From the NCBI GenBank assembly GCA_964016885.1, contig OZ024740.1, positions 222,022,001 to 222,086,000 of the forward strand: a stretch of 64,000 nucleotides of DNA, given 5' to 3'. Each line of letters opens with the position of its first letter. The first letter of the stretch is position 1. A program made the translations under genes and the position numbers. Under the pieces are notes generated by a model. That model saw nothing but the letters and a program-made list of their open reading frames with translations. It was not told the DNA's origin and made no database searches. Positions 1-12,100 of the stretch are shown piece after piece. This DNA is from Eledone cirrhosa. Taxonomy: Eukaryota.

Positions 1-1075
1 AACAAGAGGTTTCCATAGTTAGGCAGCGACTTCGCGAGAATTCCTATGCCGGTTCTACTTGGAATAATAATAGTGAAAGATTGAAGAGTAACATGGTCAG
101 CTGTAAAACAAGGAGCTTTATTTCACGTATTAACAATTGTTTCATTGATATTGATCAGGTAAGTCTAGAGGCCACTAATCGCTCGAAGTTGCGTCACTCG
201 ATTTCCAATACATCATTTACCTCTGCTCAAATCCTCAGAATACAAAGAATTCATACATGGCATGGTATACATAGAGAAATAGCGTAGAATCAAAACAATA
301 ACAGCAATAATTAAATATAATGATAAATAGGTAAAGAAGTTACAGATGTAAATAGTAAAAAGTAACAAAAAAGATACAATAAAAATGTAAGTAAATAAAA
401 AAATATAATAAAAAAAATATAAAGGAATAAAGATAAGTGAGAGCATATGAGTACAGAATGCTGAGTAAGTATCTGTATAAGGATGATGGGGTGGATGTAG
501 TGCTAACATGAAAAGCCATATTCGAAACATACATAGATACGTGTAGAGAATCTGAGATAATAACAAATGACAGATAAAAGAAAAAGCAATACATTAGAAA
601 TTAAGTGTGAGATACTAGTATGAGACCCAAGGGCTAAGGATGGAAGGTGAAGGACGGTTTTGATATGTGTGTGTGGTAAATGTTTTGCTGATTGTCTTGT
701 CTTAATGGGGTTGATGTGGTTTCAGGGAGAGTGGGTGAAGAGATGTTAAGAGATTTATGATCTAGTGACCAATCAGTTATTGACAGCTAATAGCGGTTTG
801 ATTGTATGTATTCCGTACGTTAAAATCCAGGTGGTTCAGTTCTAATTTTGGGATTGCTGGGTCGAATCACGGCGGTTTGAAATTCGTGAACTTGGTAGCT
901 ATTTTGTCCCTACAGGAAATTGATGTTTCTATTTTGCTGTTAAGCAGCATCTTATCATACCTTAAAATATGGAATAGCTCCATATGCAAAGTCTGCAGTG
1001 GGACATCCCATTGTCGTAGGCCCTTGCTCCCGATAATTTTGACCATCGTCGGCCTTTCGTTCAACACTGACACAG
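1..1075 (-). mobile_element. Penelope-like element 3' fragment (GIY-YIG C-terminus, 3'UTR/pLTR with hammerhead)
   Basis: Minus-strand frameshifted translation of ~1050-867 gives ARAYDNGMSHCRLC..ELFHILRYDKMLLNSKIETSISCRDK, homologous to the C-terminus of the GIY-YIG ORF at 7790-8116 (ARARSYNGNKRPCDLCVAEVLEIL...ISACKH). A hammerhead motif lies downstream at 127-243. Confidence 0.7.
127..243 (-). ncRNA. Type I hammerhead ribozyme with long stem II insert
   Basis: Reverse complement reads GUAUU-CUGAGGA-(UUUGA...UCAAU, ~88 nt)-GAAA-CAAUUG-UU-AAUAC: 5-bp stem I (GUAUU/AAUAC), intact core, palindromic mini stem III. Confidence 0.65.
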
Positions 1076-1077
1076 GA

Positions 1078-1120
1078 ACGATGTACTAGTTTCAAGCTTA
1101 TTAGCCATCGTCAGCATCGT
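1078..1120 (-). ncRNA. Minimal type I hammerhead ribozyme
   Basis: Reverse complement ACGAUG-CUGACGA-U-GGCU-AAUA-AGCU-U-GAAA-CUAG-UA-CAUCGU: 6-bp stem I, intact core, palindromic ACUAGU stem III, GUA cleavage triplet. Confidence 0.85.
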
Positions 1121-1653
1121 ATACCTTTCAGACAGATGATTGAACGTTTGAAAGTATATACTTTCCTTATGCATATCGAGTGTGTTAGTCGGCCGGGCGC
1201 ACAAAAATCGATAAATGGAAAATAAATATGAATGAATGAAGTAATTCCGTCGGAAAGGTACAGAAAAAAAAAAATATATATAAATATAAATTCAGCGAGA
1301 ATCGCATTTCGGCGGGTAGAAAAAGCGAAACGAAACGCAAAAATCAGAATTATGCTGGCAAGCGCTCCATAGTTAAAAAACCAGAGCTAAACAATATGTT
1401 AAAACGCCATACAAAACTGAAAAAGTGGTCAAGAAAGCATCAACCACCTAAGCCAAAAAGCAAATCAAGCTAAACAGGTCAAAACAAAATAAATGATAAA
1501 AAAACAGACTGGACCCATTGGAATTGATGATAAAATCCAAGTGCAGGGTTTCTATGACCTAAATGAATAATACTGTCTGCTTAAAACTATAAGCTTTAGG
1601 TATAATGATCGAACAAGGAATATCACGTTATCAAAAGGTATTTTGCTCTGTAC

Positions 1654-1725
<72 letters not shown>

Positions 1726-1773
1726 GGTAAACATTGATGCAATTCAATTCAAGCACTCATTGATGCAATTCGC

Positions 1774-1812
<39 letters not shown>

Positions 1813-2820
1813 GTGTATCCCGGGTTAATCGGGGGGTAACCACAGTAAGTAAGGTACTCAATACATTGCAAATTATAAATATTTAGTATAGAGATGGCTT
1901 CTACAGGACTAGAACTGTTTCATTCGAAGGAAATCATCATATAGATTATGGTAAGGTATTGGCTATAACATATAAAGTATAGAATTTAGATCGCGAGAGT
2001 CCAATATTATCTCCTTATATATATAACCACTAATTTCTGTCTGTCTGTCCGACGCGTAGAGAGAGAGTGATAGTGAAAAAAAGAAACAGACTACAAGAGG
2101 AGGATAGCGGGAGGGAGAGAGAGAGACGCTGGAAGAGGGGAAGGAAAGCTATGTCTTGCTGTCTGCATTACGATACATATATATACACACACACACTGAG
2201 CGCGTCATAATGACGTAATGCAGACAGCCAGACATACAGACAGATATTATAAGGGCGCAACGTTATATCTATGTATCTATCTAAAAAGAAAGACTAAGAA
2301 TTATATAGAGAGAACGCTAAATCGCCTAATGCGGTCCCTAGGGCATTGAAAATTTGAAATAATTTTTGCTCAAAACACTCACAGGATCATACGTATTACA
2401 TGTCTAAAGTTTGAAAACAATCGGTTGGATGGTTCTCAAGTTTTAGTGAGCTGACAGACAGACAGACATTCTCTGTTTTAGATATATAGACTATCAGAAA
2501 TCCGCCCAAAGGGTGGTTTTCTGCTAGTCTCCTTATAATATATAACCAGCAATTTCTCTGTCTGTCTGTCCGACAGTGGAAACACGTGCGCGCGTGGTTG
2601 CTATCTCTCTCTCTCTCTCCAGCTATCCCTCTCTTTTAGTCTGTCTGTTTCTCTCACTCTCACTCTTTCTCTTTGTAACACACTCACATTCCTCCCCTCT
2701 ATCGCTGTGACGAATGGGGAGATGGAGGAGGAGGAGGAGGAGGAGGACAGAGTCACTTCGTCACTTCACCTCTGCCTTTCTTTCTCTCCCCTCTCACTCT
2801 CTCATTACGTACAGACATTA

Positions 2821-3015
2821 GGGCGGTGGATTGGCAGAATCTGTAGAGAGTCGGACACCATGCTTCATAGCATGGAGTTACGTCCCTTTACAGTCTGAGT
2901 TCAAATACCGCCGAGGTTAACTTTGCCTTTCATCCTCACGGGGTCGATAAAATAAAGTACCAGTAATGTACTGGGTATTTTGCTGGCCTTGTGCCAAAAA
3001 TAGAAACAATTATTA
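2821..3015 (+). mobile_element. tRNA-derived SINE with Meta (MetaSINE/MESC-type) core
   Basis: A-box-like TGGCAGAATCTG, B-box GAGTTCAAATA, core GCCTTTCATCCTCACGGGGTCGATAAAATAAAGTACCAG, (TTA) tail. Four more copies in the window. Confidence 0.85.
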
Positions 3016-3132
3016 GAAACATTGCTTCATTTTTACATATCTAAGCATTAGTAAAATAACTAATAATTTCAAAAGTAATTTTTCAATTCCAATTGTTATG
3101 AACAGCAAAACATTAATAATAATTTTGTTCTA

Positions 3133-3470
3133 AGAAATATATATACATTTCTGTGTGTGTAATATATATATATATACACCACAGAAATATATATACATTT
3201 CTGTGTGTGTAATATATATATATACACACCAAAATATATATACATTATTGTGTGTGTAATATATATATATATACACACACAGAAATATATATATATACAC
3301 ACAGAAATATATATACATTTCTGTGTGTGTAATATATATATATATATTCACACACAGAAATATATATACATTTCTGTTTGTGTAATATATATATATACAC
3401 ACACAGAAATATATATACATTTCTGTGTGTGTAATATATATATATATATATACACACACAGAAATATATG
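3133..3470. repeat. Minisatellite of ~45-55 bp self-complementary units
   Basis: Repeated ACACAGAAAT-ATATATAC-ATTTCTGTGT-GTGTAA(TA)n; each unit is an inverted repeat. Confidence 0.9.
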
Positions 3471-3478
3471 GACATTTC

Positions 3479-3516
<38 letters not shown>

Positions 3517-4949
3517 CTTCCCTAAAACTCAAATGTAGGTGCTACAGAAATATTACCTTCCCCTTCCTTTCTCCACTTTGGTACTACCAAGAGAAACACT
3601 GTCGCTATAGAAACATTACCTTCCCCTCTTCACTGACTTTGGTCACTGAGGCCGAGGGAATCGCTGGTTGCTATAGAGACACCTTGCACAAGCCAGAAGT
3701 AACCAGTTCGAGGCGGTTCTGACTTGACACCATGCCAAGGACCATTTGAAGATATATTTCCATCGTTATATCATAACGTTTATGTATCATAACGTTTATA
3801 TTTCCGTCACTAATCTCTTTTTCTCCTTTTTCGTTTTAATATATATTTATTTCAAAGATTTCACCGTATAGATAACATATATATTCATACATGCATAAAA
3901 GACACACCGAGAGACAGTGAAAATGTGGTGCCGAAAACATTTCTCATCCTAATCTCAACAATATCAGTATATACACTAGATTTGCTAGCAGAAAACCGCC
4001 CACCGGGTGGTTTTCTGCTAGTCTATATATATAAAACTAAGGATGTCTGTCTGTGTGTGTGTGAGTTCGAATCCCTAACGCTCGAGAACCACCCAACCGA
4101 CTGTTTTCAAACTCTACACATGTAAAACTTATATTTCGGGGAGTGTTCTGAGCAAAAATAATTTTAAATTTTCAATGCCCTAGAGACCACATTAGGAGAT
4201 TTAGCGATCTCTCTCTATAATTCTTAGTCTTTCTCATTTTAGATAGATACATACATATAACGTCGCGCCCTTATAATATCTGTCTGTATGTCTGACTGTC
4301 TGCATTACGTCACTTCCCTGAGCATGTATGTCTGTCTGTGTTTGTGTGTGTGTGTGCCTGTGAGTTTGAATCCCTAAAATTCGAGAAGTACCCAACCGAA
4401 TTTTTTCAAACTTTACATGTGTATACATGTTTCAGGGAGTGTTATTCACATTTCAACTTTTTTATCTCCTAGAGCCCGCATTAAGTGAAAAACTGCGTTT
4501 TTTAACATTTTTAGGGGTTTTTTGAGGCGTTACGTCAGACCGATTTCCTTAAAATTGTAACTATGTATTAGTCAGACTCTTCTTCATACCGTAAGCAAAG
4601 AAAATCCAACTTCCTTATGGCCTAGGGTCCGCATTAGGTGAAAAACCTCATTTTTTCAGCTTCTTAGGGCTTTTTAGAGGCGTTACGTCTAGCCGACTTT
4701 CCCGAAATTTCAAGGCATATTAAGCACATAAAAAAAATTTAATTTTTTGATCCCCTAGGTGAAAACCTGCATTTTTCCTGCTTCATCGAGGACAATCTTA
4801 AAGATTATCCAGCCATCAGAGTATTCGATTTATTTTCTTTACATATTGTCCAGGCATGCAGTTTCTCCACGATTAGGTCTATTGGCGGCTCGCGTTCCAA
4901 AATACCTTATCCCGTGCAACGCCGGGTACCACTGCTAGTATAGACTAAT

Positions 4950-5985
4950 ACCCACAAGAGTACTCGAACCAAACGAAAATAGCAAAACCAAAAAGTGGAA
5001 TTAATTTCTAATTCCTATGGTACGCGCCTGGTGGGAGTTACAAAGAAAGAGACATGTCTTTTTAAGGGTGTTAAACTATATAAACACCACTTAAATGGAT
5101 CAACAAAATTAAATTATGTAACTCTTGAGCAGTGTGATATATTTACATGTATAAACGAGTTAGATTTTGTTTAACAACTTGGTAAGTTAAGGCCTAAATA
5201 TTTTCGAAGCTCTTGGCAGTGAATCGGTGGCTAGACATTTCATTTTTGGACTATGATATTGCTTTAAATAAACAATTTCTTTTTAAATAGTATTGCTCAT
5301 TTTCGGTTTGAAATTGTTTATGTAATTGGAAAGTGGATTGTGTCTGTTTCTCAGTGGGCTTTGTCTGTTTCTCATATATGCTGTGTGCAACAGAATTTAT
5401 ATGGATTACAGGTGAGGTTGATACATGTCTTAGATGTGTTATAATATTGGTCTGTGGTATATTTAGTTAGTTAATTTGATTCTCCTTAGACAGTGAAGGG
5501 GTTAATCCCATTGCAATAATTAGTGGTTTGTTGATTTGGTTTGGTTTGTGGTAACTGATTTCAATTTGCATAGGTTGGATGAGGTGAATATTTGAGGAAA
5601 TTCATGTGTAACAGAGTAAAGGTTCTAACGATAGCTTTATTAATAAATTTAGGGAATTTATCCTGTTGAATGTATTTCTTAAGTAATATCTAGAATATTG
5701 TTGTTGTTGGAGTGGCTGATGTTAAATTAGAAGAAGGATAATGCTAATTAATGTTGTTTTATATGCTCCTGTTTCACTGGAATATAGTTTTCGAGGTGTC
5801 TTCAATATATTTTATTTTGTCGGTGAAACCATTTATAGAATGAGTTTAACTATGATAGAGTATTTTAGGAAATTTTAGTTTAAATTAAGTTTCTTGAAAT
5901 GATTATATTTAAGATACAAAGCTTTTTCAGCTTTTGTTTTCAAACAGCTGAGAATTTCAAATTAGATAGTGAAAATAGTGCCACC
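4950..5985 (-). mobile_element. Highly degenerate Penelope-like remnant(s)
   Basis: Interrupted minus-strand translations YKFCCTQHI*ETDK (~5400) and EKALYLKYNHFKKLN (~5910) weakly resemble GIY-YIG motifs. Confidence 0.3.
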
Positions 5986-5986
5986 G

Positions 5987-6306
5987 TTGTATCTTTGACT
6001 AAGTAAATTAGCCTAATAATTTGGAGTTATGAAAACCCACAGAAATGGAAAATGAATGAGCATTGACCTACATGGGACACGAACCGCTGTTTGTAAAGAC
6101 AAGCTGAATAAGCTTTGTATCTTATATATATATATATATTCATACACTATGATTATATAGCTTCAAATTTAATCGGAATTTATGTGAGTGGTGTATTGGT
6201 GTAATTGTAACACAATGGCCATGATAGCATGCTCATTCATTTTTTCATTTCTCTGGGTTTTTATAACTCCAAATTATTAGGCTAGTTAATTTAGTCAAAT
6301 ATACAA
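5987..6306. repeat. Foldback: ~77-bp inverted arms with ~165-bp spacer
   Basis: 5987-6063 (TTGTATCTTTGACTAAGTAAATTAGCCTAATAATTTGGAGTTAT...GAATGAGCAT) is the reverse complement, with a few mismatches, of 6229-6306. Confidence 0.85.
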
Positions 6307-6567
6307 TGATTATCTTGTTTGTTAGTAATGATTAAGGTGTCATCGGGTTTGCTACATGGGTTGTAGAAAGCGTTAGGTAGGTTTTATGTAACACCTTGGA
6401 AATTTAAATACCTAGAGCATGTCATTTGTCTGTACGGAATCATATACGACTTCATTGTTAGTTAAGGACACATGGATGGCAAATTAATCTGTATTCAAAG
6501 AGAGAGAGAGAAATATCAGGATAATATCAGTTTTAAAATAGTAAGACCATTATTCAAAATACTGACT

Positions 6568-6633
<66 letters not shown>

Positions 6634-6979
6634 CGGAGTCAGCCGTCAGGGTCCTGAATCTTTATATGTATATGTATACAGAGAAAAAAGTGAAAATGGA
6701 AACAGCACGGGGGTATAATTAAAGAAACTCTTTTCTTTTTTTCTTCTATGATCCGTCAATGTGACATTATAGAAAAAAAGGAGAAGTACAATTTTCTTTT
6801 TAAATGAATTTTATAAAGTATATAAAATATATAAAATATTACTGGTTTCGATGTAATCTATTTTATATCAATATTAAATATTTCAATTAAAAAAGAATTA
6901 AAAATTAAAAATTAAGTGTTGAAGAAGGACTGTTCATCTTTCGTGCTGGGAATAAGACTGGGTCGAAGTAAAAGAACCT

Positions 6980-7051
<72 letters not shown>

Positions 7052-7336
7052 CTTATTTTTTCACAGAACAAAAATGTTTTAAGGGAGAGGAATTTTTCTG
7101 TATATATGTGTGTATCTCAATTATGTTAAAAAACTGGTCAAGAGTTCAGTTGGGGGTGACGAAGAGGGAAAATTTAAGCTAGGGACAATTGCTTTAGGGG
7201 ATAGTGGTATATAGAATTGTCAAATGTATAAGATTGTAAAAGAAATTCTACTTTAGCAATGTTTTGAGAGCGTAAGAGTGTGTTGTGTGTGTGTGTACAT
7301 ACACACACACAGACACACACGCACACGCACACGCAC

Positions 7337-7374
<38 letters not shown>

Positions 7375-7454
7375 ATGTGTGTGTATATGTGTGTGTGTCT
7401 TATTGTGTGATGGGATCAAAACTTAGTCAGAGAAATATTTTAGGAATAATTTTT

Positions 7455-7495
<41 letters not shown>

Positions 7496-7498
<3 letters not shown>

Positions 7499-8365
7499 AT
7501 AATAATAAATTTGAAGACTAAAATCCAAAGATAAGGATAAATATATATCAAATATATAAGAACCGTAGAGCAAAATATTACTATTAAAATTTCTTACTCT
7601 ACGACTCCTAACCTTGCACATAACATCACAGCTTCAAATTTAGCTAAACTACCTAGCCGTAGGAACACGTGCAACCCTGTAGTTAGTACTAACTGTAATT
7701 GTAGGAATCGGGTTGATTGCCCCCTATCCGGGAAATGCCTCTCTAGTAACATTGTCTACAAATGTAAGGTTGAAACACCCACGTCCCGTATGGCCTACAT
7801 AGGGTTAACCGCCAATAGATTCAAGCAGCGTCTTTACATGCATACCCATTCTTTTCGTTACCCTCTAAGAAGGAATTTGACGTCACTTTCAGCTTATATC
7901 TGGAGTCTAAAAGACAACCACACCCAATATAAGTTACACTGGGAGATCCTAGCTAGGGCTAGATCGTATAACGGAAATAAAAGACCGTGTGACCTCTGCG
8001 TCGCTGAGGTCCTGGAAATACTCTACGCCACAGACAACGAGACAATTTCGGCTTGTAAACATAAATTGCACAAAACTTTCCTGTATTACAGACCCACATT
8101 ATACCTTAACGGATAGTACGATCTATACGTGGATATTTTACATCTTGATGTGGTAGCTAAGTATATGTTATGTTTATACCATTACTTATTTGCATAGGGA
8201 ACGTTTCCACGAACCAAAGTATCGTCTCCCTCTCTTCCTCCGGTTGCAACGTTTTTTGAAATATCCACTTCTGCGTTTACAGAGTGACTTTGTTAGTTTC
8301 AGAAGATCCCGTTAAGGGTGAAAGCAGCGATTCTTTGCTTAATCTTTAATCTGTTATTTTAATAA
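7496..8365 (+). mobile_element. 5'-truncated Penelope-like element (C-terminal GIY-YIG; CxCx5C linker, Hydra-like)
   Basis: IKISYSTTPNL...NCNCRNRVDCP [frameshift] GKCLSSNIVYKCKVE...AYIGLTANRFKQRLYMH...LSAYIWSLK...WEILARARSY...CDLC...CKH. Flanked on both sides by (AT)n. Decayed hammerhead at ~8298-8330. Confidence 0.85.
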
Positions 8366-8389
8366 ATATATATATATATATATGAATGT

Positions 8390-8603
8390 AAAAGGTAAAC
8401 AGAAATAACAACACAATCGGTACAGTATATGGAAGGGATATATTAGGTTAACGCTTGATATAGCAGGAAGAGGGTCTTAACGTTTCGGACGCTAGTCCTT
8501 CATCAGAAGAAAGAATGAGAACTAAGATAGATTGAGGGGACGGGCGGGATGGAATTGGAAAAAATATCTTTAGATAAAAATAACAGGGCCATTCGTGTTG
8601 ACA
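8390..8603 (-). mobile_element. ~214-bp non-coding hammerhead-bearing element (pLTR-like), copy 1
   Basis: Reverse complement is highly similar to 45935-46148 and contains an intact hammerhead at 8475-8510. Confidence 0.85.
8475..8510 (-). ncRNA. Minimal type I hammerhead ribozyme
   Basis: Reverse complement UCUU-CUGAUGA-A-GGAC-UAGC-GUCC-GAAACGUU-AAGA; palindromic AACGUU replaces stem III. Confidence 0.85.
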
Positions 8604-8767
8604 TCTCTGGTGTGTGTGTTAGTAAGTGCTTTAGTTTGTTTGTTCTCTTTAAAAAAAAACACAGTATAGTATTAGTAATGGTTTTTGATCAGGAATTTGG
8701 AGAGGGTTATCTTTGGAAAATATGTGTATAATTTCTTTTTTATGTCGTTGTGTGTGTGTGTGTGTGA

Positions 8768-8892
<125 letters not shown>

Positions 8893-9048
8893 TGTAAAAT
8901 TTCGGCTGTGGCGTCAAACGGTTTCAACACAAGCCGAAACCGCTTGGCGGCGCAGTCGGGATTTTATACATTTCTATACCCACTCTACAACTCCCCATGC
9001 ATCAAGTACTCACGTGATTAGTGGTCTTCTCTGTCTCAAGCCACAGAC

Positions 9049-9125
<77 letters not shown>
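9049..9125. repeat. (TATC)n microsatellite at the 5' junction of Tx1 copy 1
   Basis: Pure TATC tract. Confidence 0.95.
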
Positions 9126-12100
9126 GAAGCCACAACTATACAAGAAACTGAAAACAACAACAACGACAACAACAGCAACAATATAGACAACAAAAACAAC
9201 AACAACACCAACAACAATGATAACAACAACACCACCAACAACAACAGCAACACGAACAAGGAAATGTCTCCTTCGCCCAGACTGCAAGGAAAACCCTCGA
9301 GTACCTGCCAGTAGATATAAGCATAGCTAAGGAGCTACTGGCAGATGCCAAAACATACGTAGTGTTTAGGACAGTCTCAAACAAAACCAAAAAACCAGCT
9401 CAACCATCACAGATGAGATAGAGCTGGTTTTAAAAGATGTCATGAAAGTCATCATATTCATTCAGAAGGATAGACTCTACGGCAGTCTATCCATTCTCAT
9501 GAAGGACAGGGACACGGCAGCGAAACTATCACATCCACCGCATACATCTTCTACCCTACGTACATGGGTAGAAGGACACCCAAAATAAAAATTCACACCA
9601 TCCTTCCGATTATGGACATATGGTGGGTATTGACAGGTTTCCTGGACCTAGACGACGACACATTAATATCCATGGGAAAGGCATCGGGTGACGCGTTCCG
9701 TGGAACGGGCCTCGAACTTTTAGTTCAAATGAGGCCCGAAAAGATTGCCCAGATCCCTGAACGCGTCATACTGGATGACCAAACTTTTATTAACATTACC
9801 GTTGAGGGTAGGCGGCCCTCGTGTTCCCTCTGTGGAGCCAGAGGTCACTTGAGGGACGTCTGTCCTCAACTTAAAAAGAAAACTCCAATCCTGCCTACAC
9901 CACCAACAACTGCACAACCAACACAACCACCACAACCACCACTACAAAAACAACAACCACCACTACAAAAACAACAACCAAAACAAAACACTGTCCAACC
10001 CATCCCCTCCCCCACTCAAAAAATACAATTTCCAAAACACCCGCACCGCAAACGCAACCCGAAAATCTACCCCTCCCCTCCAACACGGAAGATGACCCTC
10101 GTTCGTCGTCAGACGAGGAGGAGCACTTCCACACAATCAAAAGAAAAAAAAGAAAACACACCTCAGACACACAAATGAAAACAACCCCTCCCCAAAACAT
10201 AACAGACACTAACACAAAAGAGCACACCACAACAGCAAACAAAAACACCACACAAAAACAAAAACATGCATACACATACATAAACACAAGAAATAAAAAA
10301 CTGCTAAACATTGTATACAACAATTCAATCGTCTGGAGACTTTTCTAGGGACGTCCCGCTCCTTGCTATTAGTGGGGGACTGGAATGGTATCCTAGATGC
10401 ACGTTGGGACTAGGTAGGGGCCAGTCCCGATAGAGAGGGTTGTAACAGCCTCAAAGGGTTAATCGGCCGATTTGACCTGGCCGATAGATATCGACTAGAT
10501 TTTCCGTCTGCGGCAACCTGGACTTGGGCAAATCATCCGCAGCGGGTCATCTAGGTCGTACCTAGATAGGTTCTTAGTTAGAAATAAGGATAAGGACATT
10601 TTAAGTTGTCCAGAAATGCGCATGGTTGACTATTCAGACTACAAGATAGTGACCTGCATGGTCAACTTTGACAGAACGCGTAGACAGGGACCCGTTTACT
10701 GGAAGCTCAACTTGTCCTTACCGGCAAATAGAAATTATAGGGACCGGATTAGCACTTTCGTTAAGGAGCGGTTGACGGGCGCCATCGTCAACAGCAGGTG
10801 GTGGGGATCTCTCAAAAGAGAGATTAGAGTAGTCTCTATAGAATTTAGTAAGGAGTTAGCCTCAAATAGAAATAGGAAGGAAAGGGAGCTGGTAGATAGT
10901 GTAGAAGAGGCAATTAGAAGCGGCGACGTGGCCAGAGTGCTAGCGTCGAGAACGGCCCTGGGCCAGTCCTTCGGCCAGTTCATCGTCTGAAGCAAAATAC
11001 GTGCTCTGGGAAACGAGGGGACCAAAGCTGTTAGCTGGACCCGCGTGACAGAAGCCAAAAGAGGGAGTAGATCCACTATCCGGTCTTTGCGAGACCAGGA
11101 TGGACGGGTGATCCTTGAACCTAAGCAGATGTGCGAGGCTTTTCAAAAGCACTTTGCCAGATTGTTCGGAAGGGGCGGGGAGCCGGTTGGGGAAGTGGAC
11201 TTCGGTCCATACCGCGACGGCCTGCCGCGTCTCTCGGACAAGGAGGCGAATTCCTGCGAGAAGCCGATTTCAGCCGCTGAGATAGAGAACGTGCTGAGCC
11301 AATGCGGCAAACGCAAATCCCCGGGTCTCGATGGTCTTCCATACGAACTATATCTAGCTATGCCGGACTTGTTCCCCGATCTCCTCGAGGCGGTCTACTG
11401 CAACTGGCAACAGGACGGGAGAATTCCCTGTGCTGTGACCAACGGCGTAGTCACGCTAGTGAGGAAGGACGATAACAAGGGGGACGATATAAGTAATTTC
11501 AGGCCCATAACTCTGCTAAATACAGAGTTACAGATTTTGGCCAAGGTGCTAGCAAAGAGGTTGGCGCTTGTCGTGGGCAACCTGGTGGGAGATGCACAGA
11601 CATGTGCTATCCCGTCCAGGTACATCCACGACAATTTCCACCTCATGCGATACATCATAGAGAGGGTTGGGAACGAACCCGGCTTTGGTGGGGCCGTGAT
11701 CAACTTGGATCAATCTAATGCATTCGATAGGGTCGACCATGGTTACCTGGATGCGGTGCTAGCGACGGCAGGCTTCGGACCCGTTTTCAGGGGCTGGATC
11801 ACTGCCATGCACAGCAGCCGCATCTGCTCTAGAGTCAAGGTGAACGGCTACCTCTCGGAGCCGTTCGAAATCGCGCGGTCCATCCGATAAGGGTGCCCTC
11901 TCTCCTCCCTTCTGTATGTGATGACTCTAGAGCCACCGCTGTGGAAGTAGGAGTTGTTGCAGGGCATCCCGTTGGAACCGGGATTGCGGAAAGCGGTGTC
12001 GGCCTACGCCGATGACGTAACAATAATGGTGTCGACGGCCTCGGAAATCGGGGCGATCGGCACCTTACTGGAGGAGTACGAAAGGTTTATAGGGGCTAAG

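Larger units (their letters stand above)
2010..4938 (+). mobile_element. Non-autonomous Helitron-like elements in head-to-tail array (units ~2010-2527, 2528-4021, 4022-4938)
   Basis: Each unit starts TC(T)-(AT-rich)-(CTGT)n and ends hairpin+CTAG. Junctions CTAG|TC at 2527/2528 and 4021/4022. The array sits between A(2009) and T(4939). Terminal hairpin CCCGTGCAACGCCGGG at 4911-4926. Confidence 0.7.

Noticed and set aside
166-224. SECIS-like motif (AUGA...AAA...hairpin) inside the long hammerhead stem II, minus strand
   Set aside because: AUGA-to-AAA spacing is too short, the 3' GA of the quartet is absent, helix II pairs poorly, and no in-frame TGA was seen at Cys positions of the GIY-YIG fragments.
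3133-3470. CRISPR-like palindromic repeats
   Set aside because: Spacers are only (TA)n, the context is eukaryotic, and there are no cas genes.
6835-6950. Possible long-stem hammerhead (CATC-GAAA-CCAG-TA on minus)
   Set aside because: No recognisable CUGANGA half-core or stem I.
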